Assembly (NCBI RefSeq): GCF_030028105.1 | Contig: NC_092375.1 | Coordinates: forward strand, 145,045,035-145,109,034 | From: Mobula birostris | Taxonomy: Eukaryota | Reading direction: 5' to 3' | Length of the DNA stretch: 64,000 bases | In this document: one piece after another, positions 24,850-36,532 of the stretch | Position numbering within the stretch: position 1 is the stretch's first letter | Layout of the letters: every line of letters starts with the position of its first letter | Translations under genes and position numbers: made by a program | Notes under the pieces: model-generated | Seen by the model: only the letters and a program-made list of their open reading frames with translations | Database searches by the model: none | Told to the model about the DNA's origin: nothing

Positions 24850-25370
24850 ATCCCCTCTGCACCCCTCCGCCTCCTATCTCCCGTGTTGCTATTGGGAACT
24901 GCCGCCTATGCTAAAGCATCAGCTAACGCCAGCCTCATCGAGGACTCAGGAGGCTCCACTTGGTATGGGCTTTGTTGAAACTGTGCCTGGGGAAGGCAGG
25001 AGTGCAGCATCCAGTTCATCGTCAGACTCTGGTGCCAAGTGCTTCTTTCCAAATGCTGAGGTAGGCGTTATTATCCTTTGCCTGTTCTTTCTGTGCCTTT
25101 TCCTTCTTTAACTTTTGCTCACTTTCTCAGCTTTTTAACAGGATTGATCGAACTGTTTTTCCATTTCACATCTACAACAAACAATCTCAGGCCTCCCTAC
25201 AGTATTCTCATATTTTCCTTCCTCTAGCAATGTCTGCAGACACTCATCTGGTCCACTCCACCCATTCTATATACTTCTCAACATATATAATGCTTCCTGG
25301 TCCGTGATGTACAAACGTGCACAGAACTAGAGCCCTTCAGAGTTCTGGGACAGGGGACCTGCATGCATAC
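24850..25370 (-). pseudogene. gag: Probable gag (matrix region) remnant of ancient ERV
   Basis: K/E-rich degenerate frame lying between the leader and pol remnants; no decisive motif. Confidence 0.4.
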
Positions 25371-25489
25371 ATCCACACACACAGATATACACATTTCAGA
25401 ATTCCTTTTTTTAACCACACACTTAGCTAATTTTTCCTGTGCTGCCTGTGGGACCCGAGCCAGAAAAGAGCAGCCTTCATGTGGGAGAT

Positions 25490-26870
25490 AGAAACATAGA
25501 AAGCCTACAGCACAATACAGGCCCTTTGGCCCACAAAGTTGTGCTGAACATGTCCCTACCTTAGAAATTACTAGGCTTACCCATAGCCCTCTATTTTCTA
25601 AGCTCCATGTGCCTATCCAAAAGTCTCTTAAAAGACCCTATCATATCTCCAGCCACCACCGTTGCTGGCAGCCCATTCCATGCACTCACCACTCTCTGCA
25701 TAAAGAACTTACCCCTGACATCTCCTCTGTACCTACTCCCCAGAACCTTAAACCTGTGTCCTCTTGTGGCAACCATTTCAGCCCTGGGAAAAAGCCTCTG
25801 ACTATCCACCCGATCGATGACTTCCATCATCTTATACACCTCTATCAGGTCACCTCTCATCCTCCGAGTTCACTCAACCTGTTTTCATAAGGCATGCTCC
25901 CCAATCCAGGCAACATCCTTGTAAATCTCATCTGCACCTTTTCTATGGCTTCCACATCCTTCCTGTAGTGAGGCGACCAGAACTGAGCACAGTATTCCAA
26001 GAGTGGTCTGACCAGGGTCCTATACAGCTGCAACATTACCTCTTGGCTCCTAAATTCAATTCCACGATTAATGAAGGCCAATGCGCCGTATGCCTCCTTA
26101 ACCACAGTCAACTTGCGCAGCTTCTTTGAGCGTCCTACGGACTCGAACCCCAAGATCCCTCTGAGGAGGGGAGGAGAAGATGGCGGCACGACGCAGCGCG
26201 TGCAGCCTTTCTGGTGAAATAGTATCGTATTTGTTAAATAGGGGCTGTGTACAATCCTGATTTGATGGAGAGGGACGTGAGAAGCATGGAGGAACATCTG
26301 GAGAAACTTCTGAAATGCCCGGTTCGCTGCTGCTGCTACTGTGTGATCGAGAATCTCCGTAGGGGAAGGCCCCAAATCCTCAGCTTTGCCTATTGTTGGC
26401 GGCCGGGGCTGGGGTTGAAGCGCTCGGCAGAGATGGTGCTTGGTGCTTGGTGTTGGAGGGCTGGTCGGAGGCTCAAAGTTTTCGGATGGACTGAGAGTTG
26501 GACTGTGGTTGGGTGCTTCCAGGATGCTGCATCGGCAAGTTTGCGGCGCTGGAAGCTCATGGCAGGGAGAGTTTTCTTCCTTCTACCGTCTACGTGAGAT
26601 GTCGGGACTTTCGAGAGACTTTGAGACTTTTTTTACCGTGCCCATGGTCTGTTCTTCTATCAAATTACAGTATTGCTTGCACTGTTGTAACTATATGTTA
26701 TAATGGTCCCAGAACAGATCCCTGAGGCACACCACTGGTCATCGACCTCCATGCAGAAGATGACCCGTCTACAACCACTCTTTGCCTTCTGTGGGCAAGC
26801 CAGTTCTGGATCCACAAAGCAATGTCCCCTTGGATCCCATGCCTCCTTACTTTCTCAATTAGCCTGACTA
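25490..26870 (-). mobile_element. CR1 LINE 3' portion inserted in the ancient ERV leader
   Basis: SGVPQGSVLGP, LYRTLVRPLLEYCAQFWSP, RGDLIEVYK; same subfamily as 29395-31367. Confidence 0.9.
26164..26703 (+). mobile_element. GC-rich non-coding retroelement inserted in CR1
   Basis: Starts GGAGGAGAAGATGGCGGC (YY1-type motif); CR1 sequence on both sides. Confidence 0.6.
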
Positions 26871-27198
26871 GGACCTTGGCAACTTCACACAGGACCTGAT
26901 CTGGACCACAGCAACTTCGCCTGAGACCCAACACAGATCTATTCAACTGCTTTTTTCCTGAGGGACCCAACGCAGACTAGGAAAACTTTTTTTCCTGTGC
27001 TTCCTGCAGGACTCAACCTGAACCAGGACACCCCCTTTTTTAATGCTGCAGTTTTCCTATGTCAGTGACTGAAGTGTTGGGGTACCTTGACTATCCCACA
27101 CAGGAGGTAATCTGCATTCCAATAGCAGACTCAGACCCTTGCTCAAATATGAGCAGCCTAGGGTTTAGGAGGAGCTGAATTCCTTTCTCCCATGTAAC

Positions 27199-28032
27199 TG
27201 TAATGCCCTGGATAAGATTTTTACTGCTATGCTGTAGGTATTTTATTTTAGCAGTTCTGTAAGAGCAGTCAGTTCTGCTTTAGCATGTTTGGGTTTGAGC
27301 TAAAGATAAGGGGCAATGTTGTTCAACTTAGGAATGTTGTGTCAGCCTATCAGGATGGTGAAAATCGAGGAAGGTTCTGGAATGCTGGGCGGAGAGGTTT
27401 TGTGAAGGACACTGCTGTGGGTTGAGGTCTTTTTGGCAGGAGCTGGGAGAAGACAGGAGGGAAGATGGCTGAGGATGACATCACTGTTGCACAAGGGGCT
27501 TTGTGCAGATAAACGGCTTCAGGGAGAAATGACCAATACTCCCATGGTGGAGCCCATTTATTTGAGAAGATTTTCGAGCAACATTTGGGAGTTGGTGGGT
27601 GCTTTCATGCAGACTGTGGGTTCAGTCCATGAGTTAAAAATGACTTCAAGATGAGCTCCAACTTGTGTGAATATTTGGACTGGGTTAATTGTAATGGGGC
27701 CTTTTTATTTTTTTTCTCTTCTTTTTCCTACTAACTGTTCGATAAAGCTGAAATTTGTAAATATTCTTTCCGTATAATTGTATGCAGTGTACGATCTGTA
27801 TGATCTTGCTGATGGCTAATTACATGGGGGCAGTATTTACACAGTATTCACACAGATTGGGGTTCAGGTGATTGAGACATCCCAAATTCCTGGTTAGGTG
27901 GGACCCAAGTCATACTGACCTTTGACGTACGGAGTTTGAGAAAGGTGGTTTTCTCACTGCTGAGTCCAGTGGTCATTAGCAAAGGGGCTAATGAACCACA
28001 TTTCTAGAGACACCCGGTAAAAAGGAGTTTCA
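27199..28032 (+). mobile_element. Solo LTR
   Basis: TGTAATG...TTTCA with 4-bp TSD TAAC (27195-27198, 28033-28036). Confidence 0.8.
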
Positions 28033-28053
28033 TAACAAAGCCATGAATTAGCC

Positions 28054-28071
28054 ATCTTGGTGGAACGTCCA
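28054..28071 (-). promoter_or_regulatory. Primer binding site, tRNA-Gln
   Basis: TGGACGTTCCACCAAGAT versus tRNA-Gln PBS TGGAGGTTCCACCGAGAT (16/18), 6 nt downstream of the 5' LTR. Confidence 0.8.
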
Positions 28072-28077
28072 AGTAAC

Positions 28078-28609
28078 TGTCATAACCAGCAATAAAATAA
28101 AATAACTATGATAACTGGGCCTAGAATACATGCACACTTACGACTCAAACATATTTTATTTACTTGTGCATAAGGAAACAATGTGGCCCCTGTCAACACA
28201 CTGTTCTGAGGCCAGGAGAGGAATCTTCTCTTTTTATGTAGAAATAGTTATTCGTTTGCCCTTTGGTAAACTGTGTATATTGGATTCCTTATTTGCAAAA
28301 TCAATCGCCATTCACAATAGAGATGTGAAAAGCCAACAGAAACACAAGCTGACAACCAATGACACTTAGAAGTTAGTGAAACAATTGTCCCTTAGTTGTT
28401 GGATGTAATTCACATCTTTCCGTTATTCCTATCTCTTCTGTCTCCAGCACCTCCTACTGTGTAAAGGGAAGCTATGTTCTTCCAGATTGATTACACATTG
28501 CCACAGTTATTCTCACCTATCCCGCTACAGGTTGGCATTGGCAGTCTCACTTCAAAGGTCCCCTTGCCTTGATGTTGTCTTTAACACTTGTCTTACCACA
28601 ACTTCTACA
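28078..28609 (-). repeat. 5' LTR of ancient ERV
   Basis: Colinear diverged copy of 20396-20955, followed by the PBS. Confidence 0.85.
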
Positions 28610-28719
28610 ATCTTTTAGAAAATCCTCAAAGAATTTCAAACACAAGAATTCCAAAATATAAACAGGAAATATGGAGATGTTAACTCTGTTTTTCTTTACA
28701 TAGATGCTGCTTTTTATAG

Positions 28720-29390
28720 TCATGGATTCATAGATCACTACCCTCAGAAATAGGCCCTTCACTCCAAGCTGGCCTATTGTTCTGCCTAGTCCCACCTACC
28801 AGACTACAGCCCTCCACAACCCACTCAACTATGAACCTATCGAAACTTCTCTTAAGTATTGCAGTTGAACCCATGTCCACCACATCTGCTGGCAGCTCAT
28901 TCCACACTCTCACCACCACCTGAGTGAAGAAGTCCACCTCACGTTCCCCTAAAATAACCACCCTATCGACCTGTGCAGACACTTTCAGGTAGCTACGGAC
29001 CTGGACCCCAAGATCTCTCTGTACATCAGCACTGTTAAAGGCTCTGCCATTAATAATGTACTGTATCCTTACGTTTGATTTTTCAAAGTGCAATACCTCA
29101 CACTTGGTCAGATTAAACTCCATCTACCATTTCACTGCCCATATCTGCAAATGATCTATATTCCATGGTACTGTTTTATTAATATTCTACACTGTCTATA
29201 CCACCAACAAATTTTGCATCATCTGCAAAATTACTAACCATCCACTAGTCATGGAGCTCCAGCCAGGATATCCCATTGGCTACTACCTTTTGTCTTCTAT
29301 CAGCAAGTCACTGTGGATCCCATGAATCTTAATTTTCTAGATGAGCCTACAATGGGACTTGTCAAATGTCTTAATAAAATCCAGGTAGAA
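28720..29390 (-). mobile_element. Old CR1 fragment
   Basis: MEFNLTKCEVLHF...QRDLGVQV. Confidence 0.75.
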
Positions 29391-29394
29391 AACT

Positions 29395-31367
29395 TCTGGA
29401 TTTTAAAGAAAAGCTTACAAAAGGTTCAGAGAGCTAGGTAATGTTAGAGATCTAGAAAATTATAAGGCTAATAGGAAGGAACATAAGAAGGAAATTAGGA
29501 GAGCCTGAAGGGGCCATGAGAAGGCCTTGGTGGGCAGGATTAAGGAAAACCCCAAGGCATTCTACATGTATGTGAAGAACAAGAGGATAAGACATGAAAG
29601 AATAGGACCTATCAAGTGTGACAGTGGGAAAGTACGTACGGAACCGGAAGAAATAGCAGAGGTACTTAACGAATACTTTACTTCAGTATTGACTATGGAA
29701 AAGAATCTTGATGATTGTAGTGATGACTTGCAGCAGACTGAAAAGCTTGAGCACGTAGATATTAAGAAAGATGATATGCTGGAGCTTTTGGAAAGCATCT
29801 AGTTGGATAAGTCGCCGGGACTGGATGAGATGTACCCCAGGCTACTGTGGGAGGCAAGGAAGGAGATCGCTGAGCCTCTGGAAATGATCTTTGCATCATC
29901 AATGGGGATGGGAGAGGTTCTGGAGGATTGGAGGGTTGCGGATGTTGTTTCATTATTCAAGAAAGGGAGTAGAGATAGCCCAGAAAATTATAGTCCAGTG
30001 AATCTTACTTCAGTAAGTTGATGGAGAAGATCCTGAGAGGCAGGATTTATGAACATCTGGAGAGGTATAATATGATTAGGAGTAGTCAGCATGGCTTTGT
30101 CAAGGGCAGGTCATGCCTTATGAGCCTGACTGAATTTTCTGAGGATGTGACTAAACACATTGATGAAGGTAGAGCAGTAGATGTAGTCATTGTATATGGA
30201 TTTCAGCAAGGCATTTGATAAGGTACCTCATGCAAGGCTTATTGAGAAAGTAAGGAGGCATGGGATCCAAGGGTACATTGCTTTGTGGATCCAGAACTGG
30301 CTTGTCCACAGAAGGCAAAGAGTGGTTGTAGACAGGTCATATTCTGCATGGAGGTCGGTGACCAGTGGTGTGCCTCAGGGATCTGTTCTGGGACCCCTAC
30401 TCTTTGTGATTTTTATAAATGACCTGGATGAGAAAGTGGAGGACTGGGTTAGTAAGTTTGCTGATGACACAAAGGTTGGAGGTGTTGTGGATAGTGTGGA
30501 GGGCTGTCAGAAGTTACAGCGGGACATTGATAGGATGCAAAACTGGGCTGAGAAGTGGCAGATGGAGTCCAACCCAGGTAAGTGTGAAGTGGTTCATTTT
30601 AATAGGTCAAATATGATGGCAGAATATAGTAGTAATGGTAAGACTCTTGGCAGTCTGGAGGATCAGAGGGATCTTGGGGTCCAAGTCCATAGGACACTCA
30701 AAGCAGCTGCACAGGTTGGCTCTGTGGTTAAAAAGACATACGGTGTATTGGCCTTCATCAACCATGGGACTGAGTTCAAGAGCCGAGAGGTAATGTTGCA
30801 GCTATATAGGACCCTGGTCAGACCCCACATAGAGTACTGTGCTCAATTCTGGTCACCTTACTACAGGAAGGATGTGGAAACTATAGAAAGAGTGCAGAGG
30901 AGATTTATAAGGATGTTGCCTGGATTGGGGAGCATGCCTTATGAGAATAGGTTGAGTGAACTTGGCCTTTTCTCCTTGGAGTGACAGTGCATGAGAGATG
31001 ACCTGATAGAGGTGTATAAGATGATGAGAGGCATTGATTGTGTGGATAGTCAGCGGTTTTTTCCCAGAGTTGAAGTGACTGCCATGAGAGGCACAGTTTT
31101 GAGGTGCTTGGAAGCAGGTACAGATGGGATGTCAGGGGTAAGTTTTTTATGCAGAGAGTGGTGAGTATGTGGAATGGGCTGCCGGCGACTGTGGTGGACG
31201 CGGATACAATTGGGTCTTTTAAGAGACTCCTGGATAGGCGCATGGAGCTTAGAAAAATAGAGGGTTATGGGTAACCTTAGGTAATTTCTCAGCTAAGTAC
31301 ATGCTTGGCACAGCATTGTGGGCCTAAGGGCCTGTATTATGCTGTAGTCTTTCTATGTTTCTATGTT
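29395..31367 (+). mobile_element. CR1 LINE, 5'-truncated, relatively young
   Basis: 264-aa RT stretch 30190-30984 (YMDFSKAFDKVPH, GVPQGSVLGP, KFADD); tail TTCTATGTTTCTATG. Confidence 0.92.
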
Positions 31368-31794
31368 TATTTTTGAGTTCTACCAATTTAGACTCAGTGG
31401 ATGAGCCCTTTGAATGCAGCTGTGATAATGTCCCTGATTAATAGTATAATCCCGTCAATGGAAGACAATAGGAATTATCAAATTTAGAAACTTCAAGCCC
31501 AAATGAACTGTGGCAAGAATGGGATTAGGCAACATTATAGATGTGGTGATGGATGCTCTTGGCAATGGAGCAGTTGGATAATCGAAGTTCATTGTTTGGT
31601 CAAAAATGACAGCTTGGCTGTGAAACTTCAGTCTTAATGGAAGAAGGACTTGAGTGGGGATAAAGTTTGTTGCTGTAATTGATAGTAAACACATTGGATT
31701 CTCCGTGATTAGTTGAAGAAAGTTTGTGTTTAATCACCCAGACAAGCAAAAATGACAAGTAAGAATCTGCGTAGGAATCAAGAGAATTACTGGT

Positions 31795-33300
31795 GATGCA
31801 AGAGTCTGCAGATGTTGGAAACTGGAGGAAAAACAACAAATTTCTGGAATAACTCAGCGGACCCAGTGCTTCTGTCTAGATAAAAGGATGGTTGACTATT
31901 TAGGTTGAAATCACGCAAAAGGACTGAAAATATAGAGGAAAACTACTATATGTAGAAGTGAGACTGGGATAGGGGGGGTGGTGGTGGTGCTGGGTTAAGT
32001 TGTAAACACAAGAAGGAGCAGAATGTTTTAGGCAGATTGGGGAGGGGACAGAGAAAGGCAGAGACAAATATTGGCTTTTGAAAAGTGGAAACAGATGAGG
32101 AAGGGCAGAAGGAAGAATGTGGGGGGAGGATAATGAGTCCAGAAAATGGGGGGAGGACAGGTGGAAGTATTGAAAAGATGAATAAACAGAGGGAGACTCT
32201 GGTAGACTGGTGGAAGTGGGAAAGGAACACATGGGAAGTGAATTACCTAAGACATCAATACTCATACAACCTACACAAAATGCTAGAGGAATTCAGCAGG
32301 TCAGGTTTGTATGAATTGTATTGGACTGACGCCCTTCTTCAGGACTGAAAAGGAAGGGGAAAGCTGCCAGAATAAAAAGGTTGGGGGAGAGGAAGAAGGA
32401 TAGCTAGGAGGTAATGGGTAAAGCCAGGTGGGTGAGAAAGGTAAAGTGCTGGAGATGAGAGAATCTGGTAGGACAAGAGAGTGGACCATAGGAGAAAGGG
32501 AAGGAGGAGGGGCACCAGGGGACTGTGATGGGCAGTTGAGAAGAGGTAAGAGGCCAGAGTTGGGAATAGAAGAAGAGGGGGCAGGAGATTTTTTTTCTTA
32601 ACTGAAAGGATACATTGTTATTTATGCTATCAGATTGGAGACTACCCAGAAGGAATATAAGGTGTTGCTCCTCTACTCTGAGGGTGGCCTCATTGTGTCA
32701 CAAGAGGATGCCACAGACTGTCATGTTGCAATGGGAATGGGAATCAGAATTAAAATGTTGGGCCACAGGGAAGTTCCGCTTTTAATGGATAGAGCGGAGG
32801 TGTTCGATGAAGCGGTCCCCCAGTTAATGACGAGTCACACTAATGTAGGAGAGGCTGCATTGGGAGCACCAGATGCAATAGACAACGCCAGCAGATTCCT
32901 AGGTGCAGTGTTGTCTCACCTGGAAGGACTGTTTGGGGCCTGGATGGGAGTTGAATGGGCAGGTGTAGCACTTTGGCCTCCTGCAGGGATAAGTGCCAGC
33001 AGGGAGATTAGTGGGGAGGGACAAATGGACAAGGGAATCACGGAAGGAGCAATCCTTGTAGAAAGTCTAAAGCAGAGAAGGGGAAGGAAGGTAATGATGT
33101 GTTAAGTGATAGGTTCCCTTTGGAGATGGCAGAAGTTGTGGAGAATAATGAGTTGTTAATATTCATGCCTTTGGGTGTAGACGTCTCAGATGGAAAATGA
33201 AGCGTTGTTCTCTCAAGAGTGCCTGGACCACACCCTGGCAGTGAAGAAGGAAATGGACCAACAGCTCGTTGTGGGAACAGGAAGAGGAATTGAACTGATA
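31795..33300 (-). mobile_element. Stacked decayed PLE fragments
   Basis: Two tails (about 31800 and 32270) and GIY-YIG-region similarity at 32620-33150. Confidence 0.7.
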
Positions 33301-34066
33301 AATTGAATTTACTTTATTACTCACACCCTTCATATACATCTTTGTATATTGGAGTAAAAATGTTTATGTTACGTCTCCTAAATGTGCAATGTGCAATTTA
33401 TAGTAATTTATAATAAATAGTATGTACAACAAGACAGTCAATATAACATATAATTACATTTGTATCAACATGAATCAATCAGTCTGATGGCCTGGTGGAA
33501 GAAGCTGTCCCGGAGCCTATTGGTCCTGGCTTTTATGCTGCGGTACTATTTCCCGGATGGTAGCAGCTGGGACAGTTTGCGGTTGGGGTGACTTGGGTCC
33601 CCAATAATCCTTTGGGCCCTTTTCACACATCTATCTTTGTAATTGTCCTGATTAGTGGGAAGTTCACATCCACAGATGTGCTGGGCTGTCCACACCACAC
33701 TCTGCAGAGTCCTGCAATTGAGGGGAGTACAGTTCCCGTACCAGGCAGTGGTGCAGCCAGTCAGGATGCTCTCAAATGTGCCCCTGTAGAAAGTTCTTAG
33801 GATTTGGGGGCCCATACCAAACTTCCTCAACCATCTGAGGTGAAAGAGGCACTGTTGTGCAGACCACATGAGATCCTCGGTGATGTTTATGCCGAGGAAC
33901 TTAAAGCTGTTCACTCTCTCATCCCCAGATCCATTGATGTCAATAGGGACTAACCTGTCTACATTCCTCCTGTAGTCCACAACTAGCTCCTTTGGTTTTG
34001 CAACATTGAGGGAGAGGTTGTTTTCTTGACACCACCACTGTGTCAGGGTGATGACTTCTTCTCTGT
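33300..34066 (-). mobile_element. Rex1/Babar LINE 3' portion
   Basis: ERVNSFKFLGINITEDL, AQQCLFHLRWLRKFG, LRTFYRGTFESILTGC, AWYGNC. Confidence 0.85.
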
Positions 34067-34076
34067 AGGTAGATGC

Positions 34077-34672
34077 TGTCGTGGTTTCTCATTTCTCACA
34101 AACGACAAGGAGACGCAGAAAACTCGCCAAGACGTTTTAAACTTTAATTTGCAAATCAAAGCTGAGACAATCAGAAAGCTAGTAGCTGACTGCCCGTCCA
34201 GGCTTGTACACAGCATTTTTTATAGCAATCTCCTATCTTAGCTACATTATCATATCCAGACGGCCTGTGAACACATATCATCAATACATCCGCTCTCGAC
34301 CTTCCACTATTGTTTTACTCCCCAATTTAATTATGTCCTAGTTTACATTTTAGACCAGGTGTCTCCTCATCCCTAACCACAGTTATTTCTTAATTAGTCT
34401 TGTTGTGACATACTACCACATATTTCATTACCTTACTCGCCACTGTTATCTTTCTACTTGGTTTCATTCTAGTTCTCTTTATGAATTAATAGTGATTAGG
34501 TCAAAAGTCATGGCTACATAGTGAATACCCTCTATTCAGCTAGCAATGGTTACATAGTAAATACAGAAAATATAATGTGTGCATTTGAGTAAATACTGAA
34601 ATACTGTTGAGTAAATATTGTAAATACTGTAATACATAGAAAATACAATGTATGCATTTACATTTTCCAATA
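34077..34672 (-). repeat. 3' LTR of young ERV
   Basis: Follows PPT AAAGGGAGGA (34676-34685); ATTAAA polyA signal at 34143-34148. Confidence 0.97.
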
Positions 34673-34899
34673 TAATCCTCCCTTTGAGACCCACAGGGTC
34701 TCATACAGAGAGAGAGAGGACTGAGAGTCTATGCACAAAAGCTCAAATAAAGCCCAGCATTTACTCCCAAATTTGGGTTAAACTATAGTTTCCTGCGCTT
34801 AAGACTCACAGTGTTCTCTCGCTACCTCCCTAGGCCGCTGAGTAAAAACCCGTCCCTTCGTATCTGAGACAGGGAAAAAGACTCAGGAGCCTTCACAGT

Positions 34900-36532
34900 C
34901 TAATCCCCACATATTTCATCTCTCTCCTGTTCGTCTTGCGTGTCTCGTAGACTGTACGAATACATCATCGGTGCCTCCTTCTCTGTAGGGCTCGACCCAA
35001 CAATTTCCAGGAGCATCGGAAACCGTTTCATTGCAGCACGCACTACAAGCGACTTGAGGCATGGAAGAAAACAGCACAGAATGACCGCACAGCTTAGCAA
35101 TACAGTACCGATGGTTACTGCAGTCTTGGTCAGCCATGCTCCCCGTCCTCCTAGTTTACTGTTTAACCAGTCGAAGAAATGGTGTCCAAACCCTGCATTT
35201 TGTTTAACTTCCTTTCTTAGATTTTTCAGTTTATTCATTGCTCTGGTAAATGATCCCTCCAGACTAGTATTATTCGGTATAAAAGTACAGCATTGTTCCC
35301 CAAACATTACACAAGCTCCTCCTTTCTCTGCCAATAGCCAGTCTAGTACGTGTCTATTCTGCCACACCACTCTACTGGTTGCATCTAGCTGCTGCCCCAA
35401 AGCCTCTAATGCATCATCAGTGTAGTTAATGAATCTCTGTTGATTATAATATATATAATTTATCCATTCAACATTTTTACTAACCCCTATAATAGGTGTA
35501 AGTGCCTCCCAGCCCGCAGCAATCTCATTTCTTGCCTTAAACTCGTTAGGTATACCTCTCGGCTGTCCTATACTGTCAATTTGGACTGTTGGATCAAGTT
35601 CATATTTTTGCCTCTTCTGCCACAGTATCTGCTGCTTCAGAGCGTCAAATTGTACTTCAGGGGATACTACAACTTCTTGAATCAGCATAACTCGTGTACA
35701 TGTACCTGTCCAACCGAGGGGGAGCGTGGATCTCAGACCTCCCTCCTTCCCACAGAGCCACCAGGTATCTGCTAACGGGATGGTCTGGGCATCCAGTGCA
35801 CCATCGGGCGGAGGGGTACCTGTCTTGTATCTCTGGCCTGGGGTTACATCCCAAGTCTCAGCACAGTTACCACTGAAATGTCCAACCAAGAGATCACCCG
35901 TCCGTGTGAAACATTCATAACTCAAATGCTCCTGCACTTTGAGCTTTTCAAATATGGGTGTCTGGCCTCTTTTATTCATAGCCCACGGTCTGCTGTAATT
36001 ACAGTTAGAGGCAAGCTTGTTTTGATCATACTGCGAGGAAGCCTGGTAATAACATACACCAATAAGGGCACATTGGTGTGTTATGAATACATTTCTGATA
36101 ACAAGGATCTATCCCGCTACAAATTCCCATACTGCAGGTCTTGACAATACTTGGACACTGCTGTGCACACTGCCCCCTTCGCTCCTTTCGCCATTGCGCG
36201 CAGGTGGAAGAGTTGTATAGCATGGGCACTACATACTGTGCTGGATTTGCTCTTGAGCATAGATAACAATTCTGTCTCTTCATCATCCCTGCTGTATAAT
36301 TTGCCCATTGGTACCATATGTTCTGGTACCATGGTACGAAGGTAATCGTTGTGCTCCTCTTACTCCTTTCTCTCAGGTTTTGTGGGATCCTAACAGTCCC
36401 ATGCCACATCTGCCAAATTAATGGGCTCCAAATCTGCACAAGAGTATCTGAGTGTATCCTCCCGGGGGGCGGGACTGGTCGCCCCCAAGTCGTCCCCATT
36501 ATCTGAAAGAGTACTACCATCCATAACCCCAT
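34900..36532 (-). pseudogene. env: env, one frameshift near 36050
   Basis: Signal peptide MGLWMVVLFQIMGTTWG; CYLC (CxxC); WWLCG; IDSIGQPRGIPNEFKARNEIAAG; WINYIYYNQQRF; ISD WQNRHVLDWLLAEKGG; CX6CC; TM helix. Confidence 0.93.

Larger units (their letters stand above)
20396..28609 (-). mobile_element. Ancient class I endogenous retrovirus, fragmented by nested insertions
   Basis: Homologous LTRs 20396-20955 and 28078-28609 (TG...CA); PBS 28054-28071; PPT 20956-20968; integrase and env remnants in correct order; degenerate TSD TTCT/ATCT. Confidence 0.85.

Noticed and set aside
34940-35425. Antisense ORFs within the ERV (also 38702-39145, 39467-39886) as accessory genes
   Set aside because: Expected shadow ORFs opposite coding sequence; no independent motif or promoter evidence.
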